A DNA stretch of 64,000 bases, taken from Lama glama. Its lineage: Eukaryota. Below, one piece after another: positions 46,430 through 59,450 of this stretch. Every line of letters starts with the position of its first letter. Positions within the stretch are counted from its first letter, which is position 1. Below the pieces are notes generated by a model that was given only the letters and a program-made list of their open reading frames with translations, was not told the DNA's origin and did no database searches. The position numbers and the translations under genes are program-made. Location: positions 46,378,001 to 46,442,000 of the forward strand of contig CM052818.1 in the NCBI GenBank assembly GCA_028534125.1, in the 5' to 3' direction.

Positions 46430-47150
46430 GTCCTAATATTTTATTATGAAAAATTTCAAACATGCAGAAAAAATTGAAATAATTTTCTAATGAGCACTCA
46501 CCACCTGTATTCTACCCTTAATATTTCACTTTATTTGCTTCAGCACATGTCCACCAGTTTAGCCTTCCAATAATCCATCTCACTTTTTGAATATTTCGGT
46601 CAATTGCAGACACCAGTTCACTTCCTGTCACGTACACCAGCACTAATTACAGTTCAATATTTGTTTATAGTTTTCCCTTTTGAAGTAGATACATTTTGTA
46701 TGTAATGAAATGCACACATCTTGAGTGTACCTTTGCTGAGTTTTGGCAAAAGTATAGGAAAATTGATCTCACAATATAGAATGTTCCTATACTCCAGAAA
46801 ATTCCCTCGTGCCCTCCCCTAGTCAATCTCTGACCCCATCCTCCAAAAGCAATCACTATTTTGATTTTTCTCTACCACAGATCAGTTTTTTTCTAGCGTT
46901 TCAGAATGTCATGTAAATGAAATCATCCAGTAGGAAATCTTTTGTGTGAAGCTTTCACTCAGCGTGATGGCTTTGTGATTCAGCGCCCTTCTTGCGTGTC
47001 TCCGTTAGTCATCTTTTTATTGCCGGGAAATACTCCATCGCATGAGTATACCACAACTTGTTCATCCGCTGATGGACACCTGGGCTCTTTCCAGGATTTA
47101 GAAATTATGAACAAAGCTGCTGTGAATATTCTTGTTCAAGCCTTTTTGTG
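46430..47150 (-). mobile_element. L1MC/ME 3' fragments (composite)
   Basis: 'tattttattatgaaaaatttcaaacatgcagaaaa'; 'gatggacacctgggctctttccag...aaagctgctgtgaatattcttg'. Confidence 0.8.
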
Positions 47151-48984
47151 AATTTGGATATCTTTAACTACTTCAATAGCTATGCCATTTTACCTTTAAA
47201 TTGTCGGAATTTTCGTATCTTTAATTGCCAGTAATGGTGTGCGTTTTTACCCTCTGATGATAATAATCCCATTTCTTGAATGCTCACTCTAGTGACAGAC
47301 CCTCTAATTTGTCCTCTTGTGAATCCTGCAAAGTAGGTCTAATTATATCCATTTTGCACATGAAGGGACAGATGCGGGCTCATTAGGTGGTTTGGATGTG
47401 TGGACTCTCATTTCGATCTGAGGCTCTCCCCAGGCCACACCACAGCTCCTGGGGGCCCTGAGTAGCCAGCTGGACACGTCTTTGCTCACTTCTTGAAGGA
47501 ACGTCTAGATGCTTGCATCATACAATTCTATCAATTTTAATAATTTTGTTAATAAGCTCTCTGCAGTTACATTGGTGACATAATTCTTCCACTCTGTTGT
47601 TTCCCTTTTAACATACATTTTGTAAAATCTTGTTGTACAAAGACTTACTCAAACCCATCAAGTCCAATGACAGACTCCATTTTTCAAGAGCTGGAAATTT
47701 ATCTTTGCTCCCCTGCTGGAATGAACAGGCAGTTCTGTTTTCTTTTTTCTGCTTTTTGTGTTCTGCTTTCTGACGTGTTGGAAGTGTCTCGCGTATGTGG
47801 CATGAAATATGAGTATGAGAAATGCCTGCTCGATAAATAAATCCAAAATAGAAATTCCACTTTATATATGAGAAATAGACGCCAGAAGAATGAAGACCTG
47901 TTTCCCGAAGTTGATGACTGAGGAGGGTGAAGGGAAGGTTTCATTCTCAGCTTGTCAAGACCTGAGCACGTGGAGGCTGAGAGACGGGGAGGCGTCCATC
48001 CAGAGAGACTGAAGGTGGACGGAAAGGCCGGTGGAGCCTGGGACTCCAGTGGTCAAGGGCCGCCAGCTGAGCCGGGACCCACCCCGAGGGCAGTGAGGGG
48101 AGGAGGTGGGGCTGGAGGGGGGTGTGGCCTCTTGGGGCTCTTGCCGGGAGGCAGGGTGGTCTGAGGAGGGCCCCTCAGGCTGCAGAACTTGCCAGAGGCC
48201 TGGGTGGGGGAGCCTGGAGGTCTGGGCCAGGCCCTGGGGGTAGTTACAGCAAGACCTCAGGGCCCAGGGAGCATGGCCTGGGCTGGGAGAGCAGGGCTGA
48301 CCCTGGAGGACAGCGGTGTGGACCAGGAGGACTCGGGCTCTGACAGAACGACGCCCAGTGACTGAGCCCTAGGCCCCACCTTCCTCCACTGGGCTCGCAT
48401 TCTAGAACCTTGCTGGAGTCTAAGACCTGGTGGGTCTGCTCCCGTCCTGAATACTTGCGCTGTCCTGGTGAGAGGCATGTCAGCCCAGAGGTGCCAGTCA
48501 GGATGGGCAAATTCCTGTGACAAAAGGCAAATCCCCGTTTTCACGCCCCGTGTGGTGGGTGGGACCGCGGCCACCCGCCTCTCCTGCTCACATTCAGTCT
48601 TCTTTCTCCTCTGGGGGCTGTAACTGTTGAACACGCTGGTTCTGGAAGCCAAGGGCAGGGTCTGGGCCCTCAGAGCTCTGAGGGTGGCTCCAGTGGTTCT
48701 GAGCACCTACACCTGACCTGCTCACCTGGGGACCAGAGGAAGCGTGGGAACCCGTGTGCAGCTGACTCCGAGGGCACCCTTTGCATCAGCAAGTCAGCTC
48801 CCTGTTGTCCCCAGGGCACACCGGACTTGTTCCTTTTGCTTCTGCCGTTTCCCCTTCCTTGGCTTCTCTACCACTTAAAGAAAATCCCAGTGGGCCTTGG
48901 GTGTGCAGAATTGACAAAATCATAATTCTTGGCTCATGATGTATGTTTATTACTGGTTCATACATGGCCTACTGCCTACCTGCC

Positions 48985-49800
48985 TATCTCCCCACCTATG
49001 TTATATATCACATTTAAAAGTAATGAAATAGGGGGAGGGTATAGCTCAGTGGTTCAATGCATGCCTAGCATGCATGAGGTCCTGGGTTCAATCCCCAGTC
49101 CCTCCATTAAAAAAATACATAAATAAATAAACTTAATTACCTCCCCCCCAACAAGATTTAAAAAATAAATAAAAATACGTTAAAAAATAAAGGTAATGAA
49201 ATAAACACCTGTGTAACCACTGTCCAACCTGAAACCCAGGGCCCTCACACCCCGCTGTATGACTCACCCTATCTTGTTCCCCTCCTTTCCTGTCTCCACA
49301 GCAACCACTGTCCTGTATCCTGGGTGCTGTCTTTTCTTATTTTCCTTTTTATATGATCTCATGTCATCTGTAGGCATTTGTCTGCTCCATATGTGCTCCT
49401 AAAATAAATCTATTAAATTTGACTTGTCTTCACCTGAAGAGGCTGTCATGCTGCATGTAATCTTTGAGGACTTACTTTTCTCACTCATGGTGAAGTGGCT
49501 GAGCATCACCTCTATTGTTATGTGTCACTGTAGTTCATTTGTGTTGACTGCTGTACAATCCTCGGTGTTGTGAATATGTCTTAGCCTGTTTATCCAGTCT
49601 TCCTGGATGAGCATCCGAACAGTTCTGCTGCGAACGTTTTTGTTCATGCATTTTCTTGCAAATGTACCTGGAAGTGGAGTTGCTGGGTCACAGAATATGT
49701 GAATGTCCCACTGGGGACTGTTCATCTGTCTTCCAAAGAATCCCTGGGTCCACATCTTCTCCAGCCCTTGTAGCATCATAGTTCCTAATTTGTGCCGCTG
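48985..49800 (-). mobile_element. L1ME-type fragment interrupted by a SINE
   Basis: 'cacctgtgtaaccactgtcc...tagttcatttgtgttgactgctgtac...gaagtggagttgctgggtca'. Confidence 0.7.
49031..49188 (+). mobile_element. Camelid tRNA-derived SINE (vic-1 type), full length
   Basis: 'gggggagggtatagctcagtgg...gaggtcctgggttcaatccccagt'; 15-bp TSD aaaagtaatgaaata (49016-49030) and aaaggtaatgaaata (49189-49203) at a TT/AAAA site. Confidence 0.95.
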
Positions 49801-49808
49801 GGTAGGAG

Positions 49809-50348
49809 TGTACTAGGGTTCTCCAGAGAACCAACAGGTTGAATAGGCAGACAGACAGACAGATAGGTAATAGGACATTTTTTTACAGGAAGTGGCTCAC
49901 ACAGTTATGGAGGCTGAGAAGTCCTGACATCTGCTCTATGAGGCTGGGGAATCAGGGACACCAGTGGTGCAGCTCAGTCCAAGGCTGAAGGCCTGAGGAC
50001 CGGAGAGCGGAAGATGCACGTCTGAGTCCAGCTGAGTCTCCAGCCCTAGAACCTGGGCCTTCTGGTGGTGGAAGTCAAGCTGAAGTCCGAAGGCCCAGGA
50101 GCACTGATGTCCGAGGGCCAGAGAGAGCGAATTCACCCTTCCTCTGCCTCTTTGTTCTATTCAGGCCTTTGACAGACTAGACGCTGCCCGCCCACCCTGG
50201 TGAGGGCCATCTTCTTTACTCAGACAATTGGTTCACATGCTAATCTCTTCCAGAAACATCCTTGCAGATGCACCCAGAAATTATGTCCTACCAGTTACCT
50301 GGGCATCCCTTAGCCCGGTCAAGTTGACACCTATAATGAACCCTCACA
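49809..50348 (-). mobile_element. ERVL LTR (MLT2B/D-like)
   Basis: 'tgtactagggttctccagagaacc...ggctcacacagttatggaggctgagaagtcc...gtcaagttgacacctataatgaaccctcaca'. Confidence 0.9.
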
Positions 50349-52124
50349 GCAGGGGAGATGCACCTCACTGTGTCCTGTTCCGCTTCCTGCCCACCTGCCC
50401 CTCCAGGCCCAGTTCACGAACCACTTCCCCCAGGAAGCCCTCCTTGACCAGCACGTGTGTGCGGATCCCCGTTCTGGCTGCCAGCGTCCCTTGAGGTTCT
50501 CGACTCCTTGACATCAGGGGCCATGCCTGTGCTTCCTAACTCCACCATCAGGTGTGAGCCCCGTGCACTGCAGAGGGGACATCCTTTGGTTAGTGACTGC
50601 TGTTTGACTAGAGCAGAACTGCTGTTTGTGTGGATCAAGGGAGTCTAATGCTGTTTACGAGGGAGGCGGCAGCGTCCCGGGGGACAGGGAATCGGAAGCC
50701 GCCCGAGCTCCTGATCGCAGGATGCAGTCAGGCGGCGAGGCCCTGCTGAGCCCCTCTCTGAGGGCTGCAGCACTTGTGGGGAGCAGTGTGACTTCTCCCC
50801 GCAGGCTGGGCTGAGGCCCCTGAGGGCAGAGCATGTCATGGGCAGGAGCTGACGTTCTGCCCAGAGGGGCTGACTTCACCTTCTCTCTGGAGGGAGTCAG
50901 ATGGATGGCTTGTCGTTAGGCCTGCTCTGCTGGGCCCTGACTTCAGCCCCCGCCCCTGGGCAGCTCTCAGCCAGGGGCGTGGGAGGAGCTTCTGGTTTCC
51001 CGTCTATAGTTACAGGCGCAGGGCCTGTGCCCGCCCCGGTGCCAGGCCCCACGGGCTGGGCGGAGGTGGACTGCGGGGCGAGGAAGCTGGGGCAGGGCTG
51101 GGAAGGCACTCAGCTGATGCAAGCCTGCTGGGGAGGGCTTTGTCGTTCAGAAGAAAGACGGTGGCTCGCAGCAAGTGTGGACTCAGCCAGGAGGGCAGAA
51201 CCCCCATCAAACCTGCCCCTGTGGAGTTCACTGGAGGGTCTTCTGTCAAGTGGGTCCACGTTCCGCGGGGCCAAGGGAGCCGCTTCCCTGTGGCCTCAAC
51301 ACTGGGGCAGAGCACAGACCACAGCTGGGCTGGGGAGGGCATTGTTCCCACTTTTCTCCTTCTAAACCCATCGTCTTACATGTGTATCACTCACTGGGAT
51401 TCTGTCTAGGACTTTGTTTTTCTCATCTTCTCACTGCAACCCAGGAAAGCCCAAACCAGACGGTCACTAACTCTTGCTCCAGGACGCCATGATTCACAGA
51501 AACAGTGATCCCTTTCGTGTGCATAGATTGTAGCATCTTCAAAGCATCTTCTAGCCATTATCCCATGTGATCATCCCAATGCTTGTTCATCACAAGTTTC
51601 CTCAGGGGTCCCCAGTTGGTGCCATTTCTCTTTGAGGTCATTTCTGTCACCTCTGACATCCCCCTTGTGGGGGGTCCCTCTGCCTGTAACGAAGGCGGGC
51701 GTCAGAATGCATTCACATTACCTTCCCTGCAGCGAGAGGGAAGTTCATGTCCCAACCCCGGGTTTTCAGGCTCACGGGGTTCCCTCGATCTGCTCAGTCA
51801 GTCCAGTCCAGGCTCTTCTTAACTCTTCCATTCATTCATCATACATTGCGGAGGAATTCTGCAGCGTGCAAAATGCTGAGGATACAGAAAGAAATGAGTG
51901 ATCATGCCCTCCACCTGCTTGCAGACCCTGGTGGTAAGTCACGGGGCTGCAGCAGGTGCTGGGAAGACTGGAGTTAAACCCTCTCCGAGCCCAACGCCTG
52001 CCCGTGGGGGAGACAGCCCTGGGTCTGCTGTGACCAGCGACAGGACCTGGGGGATTCCTAGCCTCCCTGCTCGTCAGCATCCTCGTCTGGAAAGGGTGAC
52101 ATTGGTCACCTGCCAGCTGTGGGC

Positions 52125-52290
52125 CTGGCAGGTGCTTCACACTCACAACCACACGGAGTTCTCCCAGTGCCCTCTCAGGCCGCTGTTGTCACTTCCATGA
52201 ACAGAGGAAAAACTGAAGCTCTCACTTCGTTCACACAGCACATGGCTAGAGTCAGGAATCCAATCTATGAACGTCTGGCTTCCAAACTCA
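52125..52290 (-). mobile_element. MIR SINE
   Basis: 'cagaggaaaaactgaagctc...agagtcaggaatccaatc...tctggcttccaaa'. Confidence 0.65.
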
Positions 52291-55200
52291 AGTTCTTTCT
52301 GTTCTTGGATGCTGCTGCCTCCCAGGGCTGTTGGGAGGATTAAATGAGATTTTTAATGCAAAGCACCCAGGACAGAGCCTGGATGTCAGCAGCTTCCTGA
52401 TAAGGAGCTCTCGTGGTTCCACCACCAGCCGTCTCCTCTCTGCACATCTCATCTGCGGCATCGTCCTCCCGGATGGAACATATGGGCACATTTTCCCCTT
52501 GTAATAATTAATATGTGTGCCACGTGTTTATGGAAAATCACTTCCACTGCGCCTTTTATCTCTAAGGACCCAATCATGTTTGGCAAGCAGGCTCCCAGAT
52601 GCGAGGCTGGTTCTTTCAGCCAAACAAAGGGGAGGAGATTATCCAGGAAATTCTGACAAAGAAAGCAATTACTCTGGTCTGACGCACACGGGCTACTCAT
52701 GGCAAAACTGGGCCCTTTGCCTGAATTACCTGAATGATGTGTCTGCATAGACGCAGACACATTTGATCATTTTTCCTAATGCTTCTTTAAGCGAGTGAGC
52801 CTCCCCCAGTCTTCACGTCCTTGGCCAACCGGCAGGCAGCACCCGAACCCCCATGGTGCTCCCAGTCTTCTGGGGAAGCAGGGAAAAACCTCGGGCCCCT
52901 CCTCACCCCCAAAACTTTCACAGTCATGCCAACAGGAGAGGGTCCCTCCCTTTTCCTCTTCTGGAGTCTTGCTGCCCACTGTGGTCCCCTGTCTCTCTGT
53001 TCTGCCCACGCTGAGCCTCCTGGGACCTGGGGAGCCATCCAGTAATCCCTGCTGGGGATTAGCCAGCCCGGCCGACTAGCGTTTTAGTGATAATGGTCCT
53101 TCTTACCTTTCTGCAGCACTCGGCTTCCCATCCATTATCTCGCCTGATCCTCACAGCAGCCCTGTGAGACCTGCGTTAGCTGTGCCATTTTAGATAGAAA
53201 AAAAAAAAAAAAGGAAGAAGATGACAAACGGAAGGAAGGGAGTGGGTTTATCCCAGGTCACCAGGCTAGAGAGAGCAAAGGCAGCACCAAACCAGGGGCA
53301 GGTGTTCTGACTCCTGGCTTTGCCGCCTTTTTACTACAACATCCCGGACACACAAAGAACATCTGAGACCCAAAGGAGTGAATTTTTCTGGAGGGATTTC
53401 CAGCCCCTGTGAGGCGTCGCAGGGTTTGTTTTTGGCTGTGTGAGCTTGTCAAATTATTCCCCACGGGCCGCCGCCCCCTCCTGGGGTGGGAGGGAACCGG
53501 GTGGGGTACAGGTCTAGTGTCAACATGTCCTCACATGAGATACCATCTCCCTGCAGAGGTTCGGAATCTGGGCAGTAAATTGGAGACGGAGATAAACGGC
53601 CACACCAGCTGGAAGCGCTTTGGTGACGGCTGAGCCTGACAGTAGCAAAGTGTCAGTCTCCGTTGACACCTTCCAGGGCAGAGTCATTGTGAGAAGAGTG
53701 TCAGGTGACACCCTGGATAATTAGAGCTGCCTTTCAACACGGATTGGAAAGGACTTTGCAAACATTAATGAATCCTCCCCACCCTGTGAAGAGATGGAGA
53801 CCGTTTTCCAAACCCATCAACCGAAAGCCCAGGTGATCAGGTGATGGCCTCACTCGCCCCCCCCACCCCGCCCCCCACAGGCAGAGTCGCCCGCCGGAGC
53901 GGACCGGAGTCTGGACCCGGTCGTCAAGCCTTCGAGTGGCCGTCTGCGGCCGCCCTGGTCCGAGGCTCCTGCACTCCGGAGGGGTCCTAGCCCCAGCTCA
54001 TCTCTTTCCAAGAGCCGCTGGAGACTAGTGTGTGGCCTTGAACTTCTCCCTACTCTTTTCCTTTGATCTTTTTCCTCCTGCAGCTGCTGGTGGACAGTGT
54101 AAGTCACGCACCGTCTGGGAAACCTCAGACCGAAGGTTTGTCAAAGACAGTGTTGCACATAGCCCTGGGGTTTCACTTCTAAGTACATTTCTCACGGTCA
54201 TTTCCTTGTCTCCGAGACAACGGCCTTCTTTTCCACATCGTGTCCCTCAGCTCCATCTCCTCCAAAGCTGCAAAGCCTGGAATGGCGACCGAAGCGTGCT
54301 GTAAACTGTACAGCCTCACATGAGTCTCAGTTCTCAGCGACACTTTCCTGTTCATCGGCGGGATTGCTTCCCGGTCCCTTGTGCCGCAGTCCACGGAGTT
54401 GCTGCCTTCAGACACCTTGAGGCAGTGAACTAAAGTGAAAGAAGGAAGGGAAAAAATAGAACTACGATGTTAAAATGGAAATATTTCAGAGAACTGCTAT
54501 CTGTGTGCTGCTAAAGTCCCAGGATCCCCGGAGAGGTTCTTGTGACGTGTATGTATTTAAGCTTCCATGACTGGTTGTGGGTTTGTGCCTTTAACAAGAG
54601 TTTGTTCATGTTCCGAGGGGCACAGGCCTCGCCATCCTGGCCATTCGGGGAGTGAAGAGGCCAGGGGACCCCAGGAGAGTGTGGCCACCGGGAAGGCCAG
54701 GCTCAGGGTCTCTCCAGCGGGGCTGGCCTTCACTGCCTGTTTCCTAAAGTAGCTGATCTGCCTACAGTAATTCCTTCCACCTCGCTCCAGTGAGTTTAAA
54801 TTTGCTGAAGTCTGTCTCTTCTTGGCTTCTCATCTTTCTAGTCCTGATGGTTTTCAACAACAAGCTAATAGGCTCTTCCAGATTCCAATTTCTTAGGGAG
54901 AAAAAGGCCCAAATGAAACAATTCCTCAAAGCTCAAACCCGTTCTCCTCTCTCCCCTAGTGGGCTCCTGCGGGGGCCCCTCTCCTTTCACACACTTGGGG
55001 CCCGTGCAGTTGTGAAGCCTTGCGCCCACGTGAATGCAGTCCCCTGACCTCCCCACAGTGCTGCCTGCCTGCCCTGTTCCAAGAGGCAACTCCCCAGCCT
55101 TAGCCCAAGCACTGCACTGGCTTTGATCTGTAAGCCCTCCTGTGTCACAATCCCTGTCTCTGTCTGACCCTGAGTTCACTCGGAGCTGCCCTGGGTGAAC

Positions 55201-56189
55201 ACTCCACGCAACCAAGCCCTTATTCTGGTCACATGTTGCCTGGCATCTCCCTGCCTGGCACGTAGTCCCAGAATGAGCATGCCCAAACCTACCTGCTCTT
55301 TTGTTTCCTGTTAAACTCTGGCCTACTTCTCAGGGATGGCCTGCCTTTCCTTCTCGAGTGTTTGTCTTTGGTCTGCTCTCCCTGGAAAGTGGAGGGTGGC
55401 CTCTACCTGCACCCACTGGATTCTGCATCCATTTGCAACCAGCTGTGTCGGGTTAGTCCCAGGAGCTCCCCCAGATGAGCACCGCATCGAAGGGGACTCA
55501 CCACAGTCAGCCCGTCTTTCCGCAGCGTTAATGACATGGTGAAAAAGCACCTGCGTGTTTTTACAGCCTCCTGTCCATGAACTAGCGACCGTCTATTTGG
55601 GCTGACTCTGCATCAGGCGTGAGCTACACGTCTCACCTCCTTCAGCTCATTTAATTCTCATGGTCACCCTTTTGCGTGGGACTCTTATTATTCCCTTCTC
55701 TTTACGTATGGGGAAACAGAGGCATAAAGATTTTTTGTTGTTTTCTTTTGGTTTTTTTGTTTTGTAAATTGTCCGGAATCACACAGCCTGTAAATGAGAA
55801 GGACCAGACCTGGCCCAGGGAATGCAGCTCCAGCCACTGGACCACTGTCTCACACGGCATCACGTCTGCTCCGCCCTTCCTCCTTGGGGTAAATGTGCCC
55901 GGCCCGGTCTTTGTGGAATGCTCTGCAGGGACAATCTTATTAATGCCTTAACCCTCAGGAAGAGCTGATGGAGAATAAAAGGAGGAAACCCGTCCTTGGG
56001 AATTTGAGGGGTGTCTAAACAAGGGCAGGGCCTAGGGAGCCCTTCAGAGTCTTCCAGAGCAGTGACTACCTTGCCTATTCTCTGTTCTGAGGGCCTGTAA
56101 CAATTCCATTCCCTGGACACAGAATGTGGTGCTGTGAACCCGAGTCCTTTCTTATCTCTGACACCCAGCAGCTCTGGGGCATTAGAAAG

Positions 56190-56330
56190 TCACCCCTCCA
56201 CTCTAGCCCTCAGTTTTCCCATCTGCAAAATGGGCATGATAACCTGTACTTGTATACAGTGGGTCATTGTAAGGGTAAATGAGATGCGTAGCGTGGAAGC
56301 ACATGGTAAACTCTAACATACTGCAGAAAT
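56190..56330 (+). mobile_element. MIR SINE
   Basis: 'cctcagttttcccatctgcaaaatgggcatgataacc...gtaagggtaaatgagat'. Confidence 0.75.
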
Positions 56331-58296
56331 GTAATGAGGAGAATTCTTCGTTTTTGGGTAATTCATATCGAGGTTAATATTGTAAAATATCATCTCAGGC
56401 CCCCCCTCCCCCCAGTATTTCTTTATATACCTTGGTTCTTTTAGGAAGCAGCATGTAGGCAGTGAGGCTCATTACCTCAGCAAAGAAAAGCGGCAAAATA
56501 GAAGAGAGGAAAAGAAGGGGAAATTGTTTGGGCTTGATTTTTAAAAGTTTAGGCCCTTTCATGAAGGAAACTTCTGGGCTGATGAAAATGTTCTCTATTT
56601 TGCTCAAACTGAATACTTAAGATCTGTGCCTTTTATTGTATGTAAACGACAGCGAAAAGCACAAAGGAAAGCAGAACGAACCTGGGTCCTTAGAGGAACA
56701 GAAAGGACTTGGGCATATACAGTGTTTCTGACAGAAAATATGGGAAAGGAAGACATGGTGAGAGCAAGACCTCCCTCCCACCCCCTGGGCCCCGGGTTGG
56801 AGAGAGAGTCAGACGGCGACGATGAGGCCACGTGACCCATTCCCCAGCCTGTGAGCCCCAGGTTGGCACTGAAACCCCCCATGAGCGTGTAAGCTCCCCA
56901 GCCTAGAAGTGATGGCACCTAGGAGAAGAAATGGCACCACCTGCCCAGGTGAACAGGGCCTTTATCCACCTCCTGGAGTTTTCCGTTCCTAGCATCACCC
57001 AGCGCCACTGAGTAGGGTCCGTGAGTCTGCGAGTGACACTGGGAGGACCTGAGGGGCCACAGGCCAGGAGACAGCCTGTGGACCCAAAGTGCGGACACCG
57101 CACCAAGGGGCAGGTGGGACGGTTTCGGTTGATTCCAGAAGTTGATGCCGGCGTGAGATGATGACACTGAAGATGGGACATCCTCTTCCTTAGAGCCTCA
57201 GTGCTATGGGACTCTTACCACCATCGTCCCAACCCTGGAACTTCCGGGAACCCCAGAGAAAAGAGGGTAGGGGAACTCCGACATGGCTGAGATTAGTTCT
57301 TACTACCCCCGAAGAGGGTGGGCTAGTAACATAGACAAATAACGTTATAGTTTTTGCATATTTGATTTCTGAGGGTCATACCACTTCTCTAGAGTTTCTT
57401 AGCTGTAGCTTCAAATCACGTGATGTACAAAGAGGGTCTCTGCAGGGTCCCCAGGGTGGTCTCGTGCTGCATAGCTTGATTCTTTAGAAGTGGACACTTA
57501 GACTGTCACACAAGGGTTTTCAGAGTTAAGAAAGGGGTGTTCCCGTTAAGTATGCCAGTCATCTCAGTATGGTGGAAATGACATTATTTGTGTATCTATT
57601 TGTGCCGAAGCCCAGCACTGTGGGGATCCAGACCCTGTTTTCATTCCTAACGGAGGCATCTGGGAACGCTGGTTTCCTTTTCAGAAACATCCTTTCTTTT
57701 CCTATCCCAAGGCTCTCTGAGGAATCCGTGCTGAGCTTGTCTCCCCGATGGAGGCCTGCTGACCACGGATGCCTGCGGGTTGCCCACCACAACGCCTGGG
57801 AAGGCTTCCAGCTGCAGACCCCCCGCCCCCTTTCTTCAGCATGTGATACTGCTGATGTCACTGTCAGGCGGACTGGGTACGTGGCCAGGAAGAATGTGGG
57901 GGCGGTCAAGCCCTGGATCAACCTTTAGTGAAACCTGTGAAGTTTCAAAACAAACGCAAAAAAGGAGCCAAATCGTTTAATAACCTTAGTTGCTCAAGTG
58001 AAATTAACCAACACCAAACTACCAGCCAAACTCCAAGGTCAAGAGCACCACTTGCTGTCTGAAGCAGCTCCAAGTGCAGTCCTCGGTGTTCTGCCAATCA
58101 CTGGCTGTGTAGCCACCTTCTTGGAGCCTCAGTGTCCTCTCCTTTACAATGGACACAGATTGCATTCACCTTGTTACGATCAGGATTAAGGGAGGCAGGA
58201 AGTTTGCGTCTGAAACTATTCAGTGATATAATATGTGCATCAAATACTAGATCGTATTTGTTTGCCGTGATCGTAGGGCTCAAATGTGATTTAGGG

Positions 58297-58317
58297 GTGT
58301 GTGTGTGTGTGTGTGTG
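58297..58317. repeat. (GT)n microsatellite
   Basis: About 10 GT units. Confidence 0.9.
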
Positions 58318-59299
58318 AAGTTTTTAGAAATCCCTCTAGAAAAAGGTATTTTGGAGGGTAGCCATTTCCATCTGCCCTTCTCCGAATGTTTCATTTATAT
58401 AGAAAAGAATCTTGGTTCGAAACAGCTTCAACCCTCGGGCTTTTTCTTGTGCACTCATTCATTCATTCACTCAGTGCACATTTGCTGACTGGTCTGGGAC
58501 CACTGAGCCTTCATCAAGAAGGTGGTCCTGTTTCAGACCCTGAAACCCACCCAGTTCCCAACATGAGGTACATCAGGAGGCCCCAGGCTGGCAGTGGCTT
58601 GACACCCACACCCTTTGAGGAGGGTCAGGGAAGGTCTGGCCGGTGCACTGGTCCAGGAGGCCACCACTGCCCCAGGCAGTTACGAGGTGATTGCATGTCA
58701 GTCCCAGCCTTGAACAGCATGGACGAGAAAAGTAGAGAAGGCAGTTTTAGAATCCTTGGGTCACACTTGGGGCCACAAATAAGGCACAAAGCCAAAGGAT
58801 GCAGATCTGGGCGTGGCGAGGAGAGGAGTGTGACCTCGGTGAGTGGAGTCCCATGACGGAGCTCCCTTTCAGACTCCAGGCTGGCTCAGAAGCTGAGGTT
58901 CGGGGTCCCTACTCCCAGTGTAGAGGGGTTCCCACTGTGACCTTGGCACCCGACTTCTCCAGGAGCTGGTTTCTGGTGGTCCTGCTCCCCCAAAGGGCTG
59001 TATATCCTGCCTCTAAACCTCCTGTCCCTGAGCCTTTCCTGATGCTGGTCTGCACACCTGGGACCCCACCTGTCAACTTCCATCCGTCTGGGCAAATTCT
59101 CAGGCTCTTGGTCTTGTCCTGGCTGATAAGCCTTGTGTCCCGTCCCCTGTGGACAGAGTTCTGGGCTTCAGCACCTCCTGGACCCATCTCTGGGGCCATC
59201 CTGGGCCCGAGGTTCCGGCCCATCCCCCACTCGGTGTGTGAGATTTACTCCTGCTCAGAGCTGGCTCTTCTTGCCCCTGGTGTCATCAAACACCATCTG

Positions 59300-59450
59300 C
59301 ACCTTTGTGTGTTTATTACTCCTGTTTGTCTTTCCAACTAAATTGTCAGCTTTCTGAGAACAAGGGCCATGCCAGTTTCTTTTCCTCTCTGCTGACTTCT
59401 CAGCACCTCGCCCAAGGCGTGTTTGTTGAATGAATGAATGAATGATTAAA
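59300..59450 (+). mobile_element. L2 3' end
   Basis: 'gtttgttgaatgaatgaatgaatga' terminal repeat. Confidence 0.75.

Noticed and set aside
49031..49105. tRNA gene (also at 24494, 26780 and 29535)
   Set aside because: The tRNA-like head is followed by a SINE body, an A-rich tail and TSDs, so these are retroposed SINEs
28490..53110. Isolated consensus splice donors (for example 28497, 35585, 36186, 44755, 48723, 53105)
   Set aside because: I found no convincing paired acceptor or open frame, and such hexamers are expected by chance in 64 kb
57300..57330. Hairpin (ttactaccccc...gggctagtaa) as a miRNA or terminator
   Set aside because: Stem too short and imperfect for a pre-miRNA; no other support
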